A stretch of DNA of 64,000 nucleotides from Candidatus Doudnabacteria bacterium (GTDB lineage Bacteria > Patescibacteriota > JAQUNI01): contig JBAZQX010000007.1 of assembly GCA_041644975.1 (NCBI GenBank), forward strand, positions 1,906-65,905. Direction: 5' to 3'. Of the stretch, positions 51,652-63,253 are shown in pieces (the first letter of the stretch is position 1; each line of letters begins with the position of its first letter). The notes beneath the pieces were generated by a model. The model saw only the letters and a program-made list of their open reading frames with translations. It did no database searches and had not been told where the DNA came from. Position numbers and translations under genes: made by a program.

Positions 51652-53397
51652 ATGGATGCAAATAAAACTCCTAAGACAGTGGAAATTCCCAGTATGGTCA
51701 GGGTCAAAGACTTGGCTTCTGTTTTGAATTTGCCTGCCGCGCGGGTGATGCAAGAACTCATTAAAAACAATATTTACACCACCATCAACGAAGAGCTTGA
51801 TTATGAAACCGCCGCCATCATTGCCGAAGATTTAGGGTATCAAGTAGCGCCTCAAGGCAAAGCAGAGAAAAACCTCGAAGAGCCGGCCGGAGCAAAGGTT
51901 TCCAATAAAGAGACCCTAAAACTTTCGATACGGCCGCCAGTAGTAGCAGTGATGGGGCATGTAGACCACGGCAAAACCACTCTTTTGGATTACATTCGCA
52001 AAACTAATGTGGCAGAGGGAGAGGTAGGAGGGATTACCCAAAATATTGGCGCTTACCAAATTCAATATAAAAAACATCGGATCACCTTTATTGATACCCC
52101 CGGACACGAGGCCTTTCAAAGTATGCGGGCGCGAGGAGCGCGCCTCACTGATCTTGCTATTTTGGTTGTCGCCGCGGATGACGGGGTGAAGCCGCAAACC
52201 AAAGAAGCAATTACTCATATCCGAAACGCTAAAATCCCGATGATCGTAGCGATTAATAAAATAGATAAGCAAGATGCCAGGGTGGACAAGGTGAAACAAG
52301 AACTGGCTCAAGAAGGCGCGCAAATTGAAGAATGGGGAGGCAATGTGCCTCTTGTAGAAATCTCGGCGAAAACCGGTCAAGGCGTAGAGGAACTTCTAGA
52401 AACTATTATCGTCGTTGCGGAAATGGAGGAACTAAAAGCTCCTACTTCCGGCCCGGCTCTAGGCACAATCATTGAGTCTCATCTTTCTCCTCGGCAGGGA
52501 CCAGAAGCCTCGGTTCTGGTGCAATCCGGCACTTTTAAAATAGGGGATATAATCACTGCGGCGTCCGCGCAAGGAAAAATCAAAATGATGGAGGACTACC
52601 GCGGTCAAATAATCCAAAAAGCGGGACCTTCCGAGCCGGTCAAGATTGTTGGGTTTAAGGAAGTGCCAGAGGTCGGCAGTATCGTGCAGAACGGGGAGGA
52701 ATCCTTAAATAATCGCGAGAAATTCACCCCCCAAGAAAAGAAAATCCTGACGCTCATCAACCAAAAAGCATCGAACCCCAAAATCAAAAAATTAAATCTC
52801 ATTATCAAGGCCGGCAGCCAAGGATCTAAAGAGGCAATTCTGGAAAGTTTGGCTAAGGTGCAATCTTCCGAGGTCGCGCCCTATATCATTCAAGAAGGGG
52901 TGGGCAATATCACAGAATCAGATGTCTTGAAAAGCCACATCACCAACGCCAAACTCATTGGTTTCGAGGTGAAGACCACTACCGTGGCCAAAAAATTGGC
53001 TAGGCAACTCGAACTGAAAATTAATATTTATGAGATTATCTATGAACTCATTGACGCCGTAAAAGAAGGTCTGGAAGAAATACTTGAACCGGAGGAGGAG
53101 ACAATGGAATTGGGCAAGTTAGAGATACTCGCCATCTTTCACACCGAAAAGGGCAAGATGATCGTAGGCGGTAAAGTCACGCAAGGAACCATCCAGAGAG
53201 AGAGCCGTATCCGCGTTCAAAGAAAAGGTCAAATAATTGGAGAGGGAACTATAGTGGAGTTGCAAAGCAGCAAGCAAAAAGTAAAAGAGGTGAAAAATGG
53301 TCAAGAATGCGGCATTAAATTCCTAGGCGACGTGAAGATTGAAATTGGAGATATTTTGGAATTTTATAAAATAGAAAAGAAAAAGAAAACGTTATAA
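51652..53397 (+). CDS. infB: Translation initiation factor IF-2
   Basis: GHVDHGKT, GGITQ, DTPGH, NKID, ECGI. Confidence 0.98.
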   Translation: MDANKTPKTVEIPSMVRVKDLASVLNLPAARVMQELIKNNIYTTINEELDYETAAIIAEDLGYQVAPQGKAEKNLEEPAGAKVSNKETLKLSIRPPVVAVMGHVDHGKTTLLDYIRKTNVAEGEVGGITQNIGAYQIQYKKHRITFIDTPGHEAFQSMRARGARLTDLAILVVAADDGVKPQTKEAITHIRNAKIPMIVAINKIDKQDARVDKVKQELAQEGAQIEEWGGNVPLVEISAKTGQGVEELLETIIVVAEMEELKAPTSGPALGTIIESHLSPRQGPEASVLVQSGTFKIGDIITAASAQGKIKMMEDYRGQIIQKAGPSEPVKIVGFKEVPEVGSIVQNGEESLNNREKFTPQEKKILTLINQKASNPKIKKLNLIIKAGSQGSKEAILESLAKVQSSEVAPYIIQEGVGNITESDVLKSHITNAKLIGFEVKTTTVAKKLARQLELKINIYEIIYELIDAVKEGLEEILEPEEETMELGKLEILAIFHTEKGKMIVGGKVTQGTIQRESRIRVQRKGQIIGEGTIVELQSSKQKVKEVKNGQECGIKFLGDVKIEIGDILEFYKIEKKKKTL

Positions 53398-53694
53398 ATT
53401 CAAAAATTAAAATGTTAAAATTTTATTCTGGGAACCCGCCAAAATTTTCAGAGGAAACTTAGGCGGGGAATTCAGGATTCTCGCCCGCTAGCGCGCTTTT
53501 AGCGCAAGCGCGGGAAGCGAGCGTGTATCCTTTTCACTATTTTCCAGTGACCACCCGTTAGGGTGGCAAAACCCTATAAAAAACCTCGGTTTTAAAACCA
53601 TAAACGGTAAATTCCCAAAAATGTAATTCATTTTAAAATTTTACACTGTCTCGCTTCGCGAGATCTCGTAAAGCGATGATCATTTTGCATTTTG

Positions 53695-53795
53695 CCTGCC
53701 CCGCTCGCCTTTAACTTGTCTAGTAATTGATGTTATTTAATAGATATAAATAAGTAATTATTGGTAGACTATATTTAACGCGAGGCGGGCCGGGG
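53695..53795. repeat. GC-armed element with AT-rich core, copy 2
   Basis: Inverted copy of 13131-13263. Confidence 0.8.
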
Positions 53796-53817
53796 ATTTT
53801 TACATTTTACATTTTCT

Positions 53818-54162
53818 ATGTCCCACCGCGTTCTTCAATTGAATAGCTTAATCCAACAAGAACTGAGCCGCGCTTTTTTAACGGAAGTCTCTTTGAACCA
53901 TCACGCGTTAACCACTATTACCAAGGTGGAGACTTCTCGCGACTTAAATCACGCGAAAATCTGGGTCTCCGTCTTACCCCTTGAAAAAGGCCAAAGCATT
54001 CTCAAGACTTTACAAAAAAACGCGGGCAGGCTACAATCCTTTCTCAACGCAAGGTTAGTCTTGAGAAAAATACCCCGCCTTAAATTTGTCTTAGACGCGA
54101 CTGAACTAAAAGCAGACCGGATCAACAGACTTCTTGACGCGGAATTTCCCAAAGAGGCTTAA
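53818..54162 (+). CDS. rbfA: Ribosome-binding factor A
   Basis: TITKVETSRDLNHAKIWVS, RKIPRLKFVLD; follows infB. Confidence 0.93.
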   Translation: MSHRVLQLNSLIQQELSRAFLTEVSLNHHALTTITKVETSRDLNHAKIWVSVLPLEKGQSILKTLQKNAGRLQSFLNARLVLRKIPRLKFVLDATELKADRINRLLDAEFPKEA

Positions 54163-54218
54163 TTTATTAAATCTGAACAAGCGGGCTTCAAATAAGTCAC
54201 GCCCTCCATAAAAATATA

Positions 54219-55169
54219 ATGCACAGAAAAGATTTTAATTTAGTGATTAAAGCCTTAAAAAGATATAATACTTTTCTCGTTGCGAGTCATGAAAATCCCG
54301 ATGGAGATTCTGTGGGTTCAATTTTGGCTCTCTGTATGGCTTTAGAAAAGATGAAGAAGGAAGTTTTGCTCTTTACCCCAGACCCTATCCCGGAAAATTT
54401 ACAGTTTCTGCCCCAAAGCGCTAGAATCATCAGCTCTTCTCCAAAAAAAAACTTTGATGTCGTGATCGCTCTGGACGCGAGCGATGTTAAACGTCTACAT
54501 TTAAAATGGTCCGATATCAAGTATCAAATTCTTGTTGATATTGATCATCATCCGCAAAAAAAACCCTTTGGCGATCTGAATTTAATCGCCCCCCTTGCCT
54601 CCTCCACCTCGGAAATTGTTTATTTAATAATCAAAGCCCTCAAAAGCGTAGACGCTAAAATTGCCACTTGTCTTTTAACGGGAATATTTACGGATACGGG
54701 CAGCTTCCAACACGCCAATACCTCTCCTTATACCATGGAGATTGCCGCCCACCTAATGAAAAAAGGGGCAAACTTAAATAAAATCGCGCGCGCTACCTAT
54801 CAAAGCAAGTCTCTCTCCGCGCTCAAGGTGTGGGGGCTGGCTCTCGCCCGCATCAAACAGGATCGCAAAAAGGGCGTGACCCTTTCCGCGATTACCCAGA
54901 AAGACCTCAAAGAATTAGGCGCTAAACCAGAAGATCTGGAAGGCGTCGTAAATATAATTAATACGGCTCGAGGAACCAAATACGCCATGCTCTTAATGGA
55001 ACAGAAAGGGAATAAAATTCGCGCCAGTCTTCGCTCGGAACTAGGCAGGGGAGTGAACGTGGCGCGGATCGCGGAACGTTACGGCGGCGGCGGGCATCCC
55101 CTGGCTTCAGGGTTTACCATTAAAGGCAAGCTGATGAAAAGGAAGGGGAAGTGGGTGATTAAGAAATGA
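54219..55169 (+). CDS. nrnA: DHH-family oligoribonuclease/pAp phosphatase
   Basis: HENPDGD, IDHH, TDTGSF, GGGGH. Confidence 0.88.
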   Translation: MHRKDFNLVIKALKRYNTFLVASHENPDGDSVGSILALCMALEKMKKEVLLFTPDPIPENLQFLPQSARIISSSPKKNFDVVIALDASDVKRLHLKWSDIKYQILVDIDHHPQKKPFGDLNLIAPLASSTSEIVYLIIKALKSVDAKIATCLLTGIFTDTGSFQHANTSPYTMEIAAHLMKKGANLNKIARATYQSKSLSALKVWGLALARIKQDRKKGVTLSAITQKDLKELGAKPEDLEGVVNIINTARGTKYAMLLMEQKGNKIRASLRSELGRGVNVARIAERYGGGGHPLASGFTIKGKLMKRKGKWVIKK

Positions 55170-55245
55170 ATTAGGAATAAGGAATAATATTATATCTATT
55201 TTCTCCATTCCCGATTCCTGCTTCCTAATTCCTAATTCCAAAATT

Positions 55246-55824
55246 ATGCAACTTATCCCTACTGTGATTGAAAAAACGCATTACGGCGAGCGGGCTTTTG
55301 ATATCTATTCGCGGCTTTTAAAGGAACGGATTATCTTTTTAGGAAGCTCAATTAACGACGCGGTCGCCAATACTGTGATTGCCCAGCTCTTGTTTTTGAA
55401 TTCTGAAGATCCAGATAAGGATATCCAGCTTTTTATTAATTCGCCCGGCGGTTCAGTCACGGCTGGCCTCGCAATCTACGACACAATGCAGTATGTGAAG
55501 CCTGAAATCTCCACAATTTGCATCGGTATGGCGGCGTCAATGGCAGCGACTCTGCTTGCCGCGGGCGAGAGGGGTAAACGTTTTACTCTGCCCAACAGCG
55601 AAATCTTGCTGCATCAAATTATGGGCGGGGCAGAGGGCCAAGCGAGCGATGTCGCCATTCGCGCGGGTCAAATCTTGAAAGTGAAAGACCGCTTGAATAA
55701 AATATTAGCCAAACACACCAGCCAACCCTTATCTAAAATTGAAAAAGACACGGACCGCGACTTCTATATGACTAGCGAGGAAGCGGTCAAATACGGGATT
55801 GCGGATAAGGTGATTCGGAAATAA
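55246..55824 (+). CDS. clpP: ATP-dependent Clp protease proteolytic subunit
   Basis: [28 protein letters not shown]. Confidence 0.98.
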   Translation: MQLIPTVIEKTHYGERAFDIYSRLLKERIIFLGSSINDAVANTVIAQLLFLNSEDPDKDIQLFINSPGGSVTAGLAIYDTMQYVKPEISTICIGMAASMAATLLAAGERGKRFTLPNSEILLHQIMGGAEGQASDVAIRAGQILKVKDRLNKILAKHTSQPLSKIEKDTDRDFYMTSEEAVKYGIADKVIRK

Positions 55825-55858
55825 TTTAAAAAGTATGATTTTGAATTACGAAATGCGT

Positions 55859-55994
55859 CGTCATTGCGAGGAGGGCTTTTAGTCAGATCCCTCGCTTCCG
55901 CTCGGGACAGGCTCCGCAATCTCATCGAGCTGTATTTATATAGATTTAGGAGATTGCTTCGGTCGGCATCAGATGCCTCCCTCGCTCATAGACA
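55859..55994 (+). repeat. 135-bp CGTC-type element, copy C, inside TTACGAAA inverted repeats
   Basis: Near identical to 63591-63725. Confidence 0.85.
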
Positions 55995-56535
55995 AAATGA
56001 ATTTCGTAATTCGAGGAAGAAAGAAGAGATTAAACGAAAGATTGGATTCAAGAATCTATTGCAACATTACAGTAAGATAGAAAGGAGGTTGATAATAGCA
56101 CTGGATAATAAGAGACAGAGATGGAAATCCGATTGACCCAGAACAATTTAAAAGAGATTGGGAAAATCTAAATATATCCAAAGGCGTTCTTTTTGAGCAG
56201 GACGGTTTCAATCCGATTACCGCAGTAAGAGTATATATTTACGAAGATAGAAAAAAGGACTTGATTCGTCAAGAAATCACGGAAGCTATACCCCTTCTAA
56301 CAGGGTATGGTTATAAAGTGGAAAGTATAGAATAAAAGGCAAACGGAGAAATTGATCTCCATTTTTTATTAAAAATAAGCAGAAGTAGAAATAATTTTCC
56401 TCTTGATGAGACCCACCACCACTTTTTACAAAAGGTGGGGGACTCCTCGCTAATAGACGGCACAATGATAAAACCCAAAAACAAGCCCTTACAATGGCTT
56501 GTTTTTTAATCCACACTTTTTACTTTTTACTTTTT

Positions 56536-58971
56536 TTAAACCCAAGTCACACTCGCGACCTTGTCCTCGTTTTTGAACCGCATCAGGGTTACGCCTTGGG
56601 TGGCGCGGGATTGTTTGGAAATGCTGTTAATCAGCATCCGAATGACCTGACCGCGCGCGGATATTAGAATCAAGTCCTGCTCTTCTTTGCCTAAAATCTT
56701 CATCGCCACTAAATTGCCGTTTTTCGCCGTAATCTTCGCGGTTTTAATCCCTTTACCGCCCCGCTTTTGGACTTTGTATAGATTCAAAGGCGTGCGTTTG
56801 CCATAGCCTTTTTCCGTCACCACTAACACTTGAAATCCCGTAATCGCGTATTGGCGCGGAATAATCTCCATAGCGATTACAGCGCCATCTTGTTCCAGAG
56901 TAATGCCTTTGACCCCTGCCGCGGTCCGACCCATCGGTCTAATATCCGCCTCGCGAAAACGAATAGATTGGCCTCGGCGGGTAGCAAGCATCACTTCATC
57001 CGAGCCGGTGGAGGCTTCCGCCCATTCCAGGATGTCGCCTTTGCGCAAATGAATCGCTACTAGACCGCTACGGCGGACATTGGCGTATTCAGAGAGTTTG
57101 GTCTTTTTCACCACTCCTTGCTGGGTCGCCATCATCAAATATTTAAATTTGTGTTCTTTGGGAATCGCGACCATCGCGGTAACTTTTTCCTCTGCCGCCA
57201 CTTGGATAAAATTCACAAGGAGCTGACCCTTAGCGGCGCGGCCTGATTCTGGAATCTCGTAAGCCTTGAGCTGAAAAACGCGGCCGCGATCCGTGAAAAA
57301 ATATAAATCCGAATGAGTGGTGGTTACAAAACAACAGCGCATCACGTCTTCTTCCTTAACCTTCTGGCCGGCGACGCCCTTGCCTCCTCGGCTCTGCGCC
57401 CGATAAACATCAGGCTTCATCCGCTTAATGTAGCCGCCGCGCGTCAGGCTAAGAATAGTTTCCTCATCGGCAATCAAATCTTCATCGGAAAATTCGCCTA
57501 CTTTTTTCTTTAAGACGCGCGTCCTGCGTTCATCGCCATATTTTTCTTTAAGCATCTTCAATTCTTCCTTGACCACGCCCCAAATCCTTTTCTCGGAAGC
57601 GAGCATACTTTCCAATTCAGCGATGAGTGTCTGCTTTTCCTTTAATTCATCTAGAATCTTCTTCCGCTCCAAACCCGCCAATGAGGACAAGCGCATTTCC
57701 AAAATCGCGCTCGTCTGCTCCTCTGTAAACTTAAATTTCATCATTAAATTGCGATGCGCCAATTCCTTGGTTTTGCTCTCCCGAATGGTGGTGATCACAA
57801 GGTCTAATTTATCCAAAGCCCTCTTTAAGCCTTCCAAGATATGCTCGCGCGCTTTCGCTTCCGTCAAATCAAAACGGGTGCGGCGGGTCACCACCTCCTT
57901 GCGATGATCCAAATAATATTCTAAAATATTTTCTAAGGGCAAAACCCGCGGTTGAATACCGTCCACGAGCGCGAGCATATTCACATGAAAAGTGGACTGC
58001 AGGGAGGTGAGAACAAAAAGACGATTCAAAACCTTCTGGGGATAGGCTTCTTTTTTCAAAAAAATCACGAGCCGTATCCCTTCGCGGTCTGATTCGTCGC
58101 GGATATCGCGGATGCCTTGGATCTTTTTGTTCTTCACAAGCTCCGCGATTTTTTCAATGAGTAAGGTTTTATTTACTTGGTAGGGAAGTTCAGTAATAAC
58201 AATATCAAAACCGCCCTTCTTGGTTTCCACAATCTGTGTTTTCGCGCGCATCACAATTGATCCTCGCCCCAGAGCGTATGCTTGACGAATAGCGCTATAA
58301 TCGTAAATCTGACCTCCTGTCGGAAAATCCGGACCTTTAATATATTGCATTAAATCCTCAACGGTGGCGCTTTCGCGGTGGTCAATTAAATAAGTAAGAG
58401 CGTCTATAACCTCGCCTAAATTATGCGGAGGGATATTAGTTGCCATCCCCACCGCGATCCCGATTGTTCCGTTTAAAATGAGTTCCGGAAAAAGGCCGGG
58501 CAAAACAGAGGGTTCTCTGCGCGTGCCATCATAGTTATCCCGCCAAGTAACCGTCGCTTTGTTTAAATCGCGCATCATCTCCTCGGCAAAAGTCTTCATC
58601 CGCGCCTCGGTATAGCGCATCGCCGCCGGAGGGTCGCCATCTATGGAGCCAAAATTTCCTTGGCTGTCAATTAAGGGATAACGCATCTTGAATTGCTGCG
58701 CCAGATGCACCATAGAAGGGTAAACAATCATTTCACCGTGGGGATGATAATTACCCGAAACGTCGCCGCAGATCTTAGCGCTCTTCCTAAAACGTCCGCG
58801 CGGGGAGAGCCCTAAGTCGTTCAAGGTCACTAGAATCCGCCGTTGGACCGGTTTTAAACCATCGCGCACATCAGGGAGCGCCCGATCAATAATGACGCTC
58901 ATTGCGTAATCCAAATAAGATTCCTCCATTTCTTCTGTAATCTGACGCGATTTAATATAGCCAAGTTCCAT
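56536..58971 (-). CDS. gyrA: DNA gyrase subunit A
   Basis: RALPDVRDGLKPVQRR, AAMRYTE, GyrA box QSRGGKG. Confidence 0.97.
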   Translation of the reverse strand: MELGYIKSRQITEEMEESYLDYAMSVIIDRALPDVRDGLKPVQRRILVTLNDLGLSPRGRFRKSAKICGDVSGNYHPHGEMIVYPSMVHLAQQFKMRYPLIDSQGNFGSIDGDPPAAMRYTEARMKTFAEEMMRDLNKATVTWRDNYDGTRREPSVLPGLFPELILNGTIGIAVGMATNIPPHNLGEVIDALTYLIDHRESATVEDLMQYIKGPDFPTGGQIYDYSAIRQAYALGRGSIVMRAKTQIVETKKGGFDIVITELPYQVNKTLLIEKIAELVKNKKIQGIRDIRDESDREGIRLVIFLKKEAYPQKVLNRLFVLTSLQSTFHVNMLALVDGIQPRVLPLENILEYYLDHRKEVVTRRTRFDLTEAKAREHILEGLKRALDKLDLVITTIRESKTKELAHRNLMMKFKFTEEQTSAILEMRLSSLAGLERKKILDELKEKQTLIAELESMLASEKRIWGVVKEELKMLKEKYGDERRTRVLKKKVGEFSDEDLIADEETILSLTRGGYIKRMKPDVYRAQSRGGKGVAGQKVKEEDVMRCCFVTTTHSDLYFFTDRGRVFQLKAYEIPESGRAAKGQLLVNFIQVAAEEKVTAMVAIPKEHKFKYLMMATQQGVVKKTKLSEYANVRRSGLVAIHLRKGDILEWAEASTGSDEVMLATRRGQSIRFREADIRPMGRTAAGVKGITLEQDGAVIAMEIIPRQYAITGFQVLVVTEKGYGKRTPLNLYKVQKRGGKGIKTAKITAKNGNLVAMKILGKEEQDLILISARGQVIRMLINSISKQSRATQGVTLMRFKNEDKVASVTWV

Positions 58972-59030
58972 AAATTTGGAATCAGGAATAAGGAATTATG
59001 AATTAAGAATAAAGAAATCTTTCCGTTTTA

Positions 59031-59681
59031 CTATTCCTGATTCATGATTCCCGATTCATTATTCCCACTGATTTTAAACACAAAATTAAACTGCTCTCTC
59101 GCTCCTTCACTTCGGACGCCCATAATGGATAAAGTGAAAGGCTTTTGAGGCTCTAGGGCTGGAAAATGCAAGGCGCCACTTACTTCGTTTTTAGCCGCGA
59201 CCAAATCCGGCAGAGGGTAATCTACTACTTTTTCTCTTTCTAATTCTGAAAATTCTTTTTCCTCCTGAATAATCTTGATTTTACTCTCTCCGGAAGGGCG
59301 CAATAAAACCCGCTCCTCCCCTGTATTACTAACAAATACATAGACCCAGGCTATCTTCTCCTTAAAAACTATATTCACAAGCGTAATTTCCACATTTCCC
59401 TTGTTCTGGGTTTGGTTTACCTCTTTGCGGAGCAAAACAGAGCCGCTGTCTTCGCTTTGAAACTGCTCCTTCGCGCTCCCCAGTCCTGAATCTAATTTCA
59501 TCCCTTCCTTGCCCTTCTCTAATATCTCTCTCAACCCTCCTAGGTTCTGGCTTACTTTCTGACTATTGATTCTGAAATTAAAAGTCTGCAACCAAAAGAC
59601 ACCAATACCGACCGCGCAAACAGCCACCAATAAAAAAACCACTTTTTGTTTGAAAGCAACTGATTTATTCTGCAAACTCAC
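59031..59681 (-). CDS. Membrane-anchored hypothetical protein
   Basis: N-terminal TM; overlaps the stop of the upstream gene. Confidence 0.65.
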   Translation of the reverse strand: MSLQNKSVAFKQKVVFLLVAVCAVGIGVFWLQTFNFRINSQKVSQNLGGLREILEKGKEGMKLDSGLGSAKEQFQSEDSGSVLLRKEVNQTQNKGNVEITLVNIVFKEKIAWVYVFVSNTGEERVLLRPSGESKIKIIQEEKEFSELEREKVVDYPLPDLVAAKNEVSGALHFPALEPQKPFTLSIMGVRSEGAREQFNFVFKISGNNESGIMNQE

Positions 59682-60322
59682 TGTTTTTTTAATATTTTAA
59701 TCTCGGTTTCCTCGCTAGTAAGATCTTTTTTTCTAATCTTCAATTTATCCAGTTGCGACTCGGGCGATGTTCCCATTTCCTCGCAGAATTTACTCAAAGG
59801 TTCAAGATTTCTTTCTTTTTTTGCTCCAGGTATATCATAATGCATAGGAATCACCAAGCGCGGTTCAATCTGGCTGACGAGTTCGGGGATTTTGTCGCTA
59901 GACAGGGCATTTTTACTCCCCGCAGAAACAAAAAGAATATCCACATCACCCAAGGCGTCAACCATTTCCTCGGAAAGAAGATGCCCTAAATCACCAAGGT
60001 GCACCAGAACCATACCTTCCACAATATAGCGGTAGATAATATTACCGCCGCGCTCTTTACCCTCCTCACCGTCATGAAAGGCGGGTAAACCTATAATATA
60101 GACATCTTTCACCTCATATTCACCCGGGCTATCAATAATAAAAGGCTCGCCAATAATCCCTGAAACGTAATTATGGTCAGAATGATTATGGCTCACCGTC
60201 ACAATATCAGCCTTGATTTTTATGCCCCTTAAACCCGTTCCAGAACCAAAAGGATCTGTTAAAAGAATCAGGTCTTTGATTTGAATTTTGAAACAAGAAA
60301 ATCCAAGCCAAGAGATAATCAT
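59678..60322 (-). CDS. Metallo-beta-lactamase-fold hydrolase
   Basis: TDP, SHNHSDH, HLGD, IPMHY. Confidence 0.88.
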   Translation of the reverse strand: MIISWLGFSCFKIQIKDLILLTDPFGSGTGLRGIKIKADIVTVSHNHSDHNYVSGIIGEPFIIDSPGEYEVKDVYIIGLPAFHDGEEGKERGGNIIYRYIVEGMVLVHLGDLGHLLSEEMVDALGDVDILFVSAGSKNALSSDKIPELVSQIEPRLVIPMHYDIPGAKKERNLEPLSKFCEEMGTSPESQLDKLKIRKKDLTSEETEIKILKKQ

Positions 60323-60547
60323 ATTTCTTTCAGTAATCAGTAATTAGTAATTGGTAATTGGTAATTTTGGCACCTCGAGCCAATAATTTCCTGATTACTG
60401 ATTACTGATTACCGATTACCGATTACTTACAGATTACTAATTTATTTTAGCATAATGTATTTGGTTTGACAACAATCATCTTTACGGATATAATGGGCAA
60501 TAGAATGAACATTTAAGAGGCGATATCCATTTTGCCTATCATTTTTT

Positions 60548-61801
60548 ATGAAAAAAATCGGGGATAAAAAATCCAAGAAAACTGAATTAAAATCACCAAG
60601 GAAAAATTCTTTAGGCGCTTTTTTAGCGAAAAAAGAAAAGAATAAAGAAGACTCAACAATGCACAAATTGCTCAAAGAGAAAACGAACCTCTTTAAGATA
60701 CCTCAAGTGGGAGAAATCATTAAGGGTAAAGTGATGCGCCAAGCGAAGAATGAGATAGAAGTAGACGTGGAAGGCATTGGCGTGGGTGTTATTCGCGGTC
60801 CCGAACTTTATCAAAATCCTGATCAAGAAATGAAAATCGGGGATCAAATCGCCGCCACTATTCTAGAGGTGGAAAATGAGGACGGCAGAATGGAGCTCTC
60901 TTCAAAAAGAGCCTACCGCGACGCCGCTTGGGAGGAAATTAATAAAATTATTGAAAATCACGAAACCATTGAGGTCAGAATCACCCAGGCGAATAAAGGC
61001 GGACTCTTAACCCAAGTGAAGGGGATCGCGGCCTTCCTGCCAGTTTCCCAACTGCATCACGAACACTACCCGAGGGTGGAAGACGCGGATCGCAATAAAA
61101 TCCTCACCAAATTGAACAAACTCGTAAATCAAACCTTGAAGGTCAAAATTATTGACGCCAACGCAGAGGAAGATCGTCTGATCATCTCGGAAAAACAAGC
61201 TACCTCCGAGGAGCAGAAGGATATTTTGGATAAACTCAAAGCCGGTGATATCGTAGAAGGGGAAATTACGGGCGTGGTTAACTTCGGCGCCTTTATGCGT
61301 TTTGATGATCTGGAAGGGTTGATCCACATCTCGGAATTAGCCTGGCAACGCATTGAGAATCCCGAAGACATTGTTAAAGTCGGTGACAAGGTCAAAGCTA
61401 AAATCATCAGCATTGACGCTAATCGCATATCTCTTTCCTTAAAATCCCTGCAAAAAGATCCTTGGGAGAAAAAAATTAAAAAATATAAAGTCGGCAATAC
61501 CGTAGAGGGAGAAATTACCAAATTATCTCCTTTCGGCGCCTTTGTGCAACTGGATGAGGATATTCATGGTCTCGCGCATATCTCCGAAATAACAGACGAT
61601 CCATCGCAGTTGGAGAATATGGTCAAGATAGGGGAAAAAAGAAAATTTAAAATTCTTTCCATTGAACCTCAAGAACACCGCCTGGGTTTATCTATGAAGG
61701 CTTTAACCGAGGAAAAACCCCAAAAGGAAACTAAAACTCCCAAAGCAGCAAAGAAAAAAACGGCTAAAAAAAAGAAGGTATCCGCTAAAGCTAAAAAATA
61801 A
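60548..61801 (+). CDS. rpsA: Ribosomal protein S1 (four S1 domains; start may be downstream)
   Basis: ANKGGL, AFLPVSQL, FGAF, GLIHISEL. Confidence 0.92.
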   Translation: MKKIGDKKSKKTELKSPRKNSLGAFLAKKEKNKEDSTMHKLLKEKTNLFKIPQVGEIIKGKVMRQAKNEIEVDVEGIGVGVIRGPELYQNPDQEMKIGDQIAATILEVENEDGRMELSSKRAYRDAAWEEINKIIENHETIEVRITQANKGGLLTQVKGIAAFLPVSQLHHEHYPRVEDADRNKILTKLNKLVNQTLKVKIIDANAEEDRLIISEKQATSEEQKDILDKLKAGDIVEGEITGVVNFGAFMRFDDLEGLIHISELAWQRIENPEDIVKVGDKVKAKIISIDANRISLSLKSLQKDPWEKKIKKYKVGNTVEGEITKLSPFGAFVQLDEDIHGLAHISEITDDPSQLENMVKIGEKRKFKILSIEPQEHRLGLSMKALTEEKPQKETKTPKAAKKKTAKKKKVSAKAKK

Positions 61802-61901
61802 TTTTCGCCGTATTTTTTCTTTTTTTTAAGAGTTATCTCCGAGCAGAATCAAGCTCGGATTTATAATAAACGTAAAATTTAAAAATCAAAATGCAAAATG
61901 A

Positions 61902-62011
61902 CCCGCCCGCCTTGACTTCGCCCCTAGTTAAAAATGTTAAATCTTACTAAAATGACTAGACTTTTATCAAGGAATTATCCTGAATGTTAGTCAAGGCGAA
62001 GTCGGGCGCGG
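61902..62011. repeat. GC-armed element with AT-rich cargo
   Basis: Arms cccgcccgccttgacttcgcc / gtcaaggcgaagtcgggcgcgg resemble the arms at 43401-43513. Confidence 0.7.
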
Positions 62012-62314
62012 CAAATCAAAATGTTAAAATGATTTCGGGAATTATACTTTCTCCTTTCACTTCTAAGAATTATTCTAATTGTTCTAATTGACCTAATTAA
62101 CCTAAGGAATGACCAATAACCAAATCCCAATGACTAAATTTCATTTTTAGGTATTGGTCATTAGGTATTGGGGTTTATTTAGAATAATTAGAACAATTAG
62201 GTTAAGTAGAATAATTTTAAATGAAATCTTACCGCGCCCCTTCACGAGCTACACTTGATGTGGCGGGCGGGAAAGGTAAATTCCCATTTTTAAATTTTAC
62301 ATTGCTCTAAAAAT

Positions 62315-63253
62315 ATGTTAGAAAAAGTTAACCAAATAATTAAACAAAATTGCCTTATTAAAGAAGGCGACACTGTAATCGTCGCTCTTTCCGGCGGTCC
62401 GGATTCGGTTTGCCTGACCCATATCTTATGGCAACTGCAAAAAAAGCTGGGATTCAAAATCATTCTGGCGCATTTAAACCACAACTTACGCGGAAAAGAA
62501 AGTGATAGCGATAGCCGTTTTGTCCAAAGATTAGCAAAAAAACTAAACCTGCCTTTGGAAAATAAAAAGTTGCGGAAAAAGCCGAAAAACGAAGCGACCG
62601 CAAGAGAAGCCCGTTATGCTTTTCTGGAACGAGTAAGAAAAAAACACGAGGGGCGGGGCATCGCGGCAGCGCACACGGCTGACGACCAAGTAGAAACTAT
62701 TCTTTTAAACTTCTTGCGCGGGGCGGGGCTCGCTGGACTCTCGGGTATGCAGCCTAAAAACAACTTCCTGATCCGTCCGCTTTTAGAATGCGGGCGCGGA
62801 GAAATTCTCGGCTATCTTAAAAAGAATCATCTCACTTATCGCAACGACTCGTCAAATTTTGATTTAAAATATACCCGCAATAAAATCCGACACAAGCTCT
62901 TGCCTCTTTTGGAAAAAGAATACAATCCGCAAATCAGGAAAAATCTCCTCAAACTCGGAGAAGTGAGCCACGCCGCAGAAGAGTATATTAGCGAGGAGGC
63001 TAAAAATTTTATCCGCCGCAATCCCCATCCTCTTCCCCTAAAATCTTGGCAAACCCTGCCTCCTATTTTAAAAACAGAAACCTTAAAGCAGATGATCGGC
63101 TCTATCTCGGGTGAAGTCAAAGATATTTACGCCGTCCATCTAAAAGAGATGGTAAAAATGCTGGAAAGCCCCCGCGGCAATAAAAAAAAGAACCTGCCGC
63201 ATGGGTTGCAGATTCTCAAGAAAGATGGTAGAATTTTGGTGTTCAAAGCTTAG
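62315..63253 (+). CDS. tilS: tRNA(Ile)-lysidine synthase
   Basis: ALSGGPDS, AHTADDQVET, IRPLL, YTRNKIRH. Confidence 0.96.
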   Translation: MLEKVNQIIKQNCLIKEGDTVIVALSGGPDSVCLTHILWQLQKKLGFKIILAHLNHNLRGKESDSDSRFVQRLAKKLNLPLENKKLRKKPKNEATAREARYAFLERVRKKHEGRGIAAAHTADDQVETILLNFLRGAGLAGLSGMQPKNNFLIRPLLECGRGEILGYLKKNHLTYRNDSSNFDLKYTRNKIRHKLLPLLEKEYNPQIRKNLLKLGEVSHAAEEYISEEAKNFIRRNPHPLPLKSWQTLPPILKTETLKQMIGSISGEVKDIYAVHLKEMVKMLESPRGNKKKNLPHGLQILKKDGRILVFKA

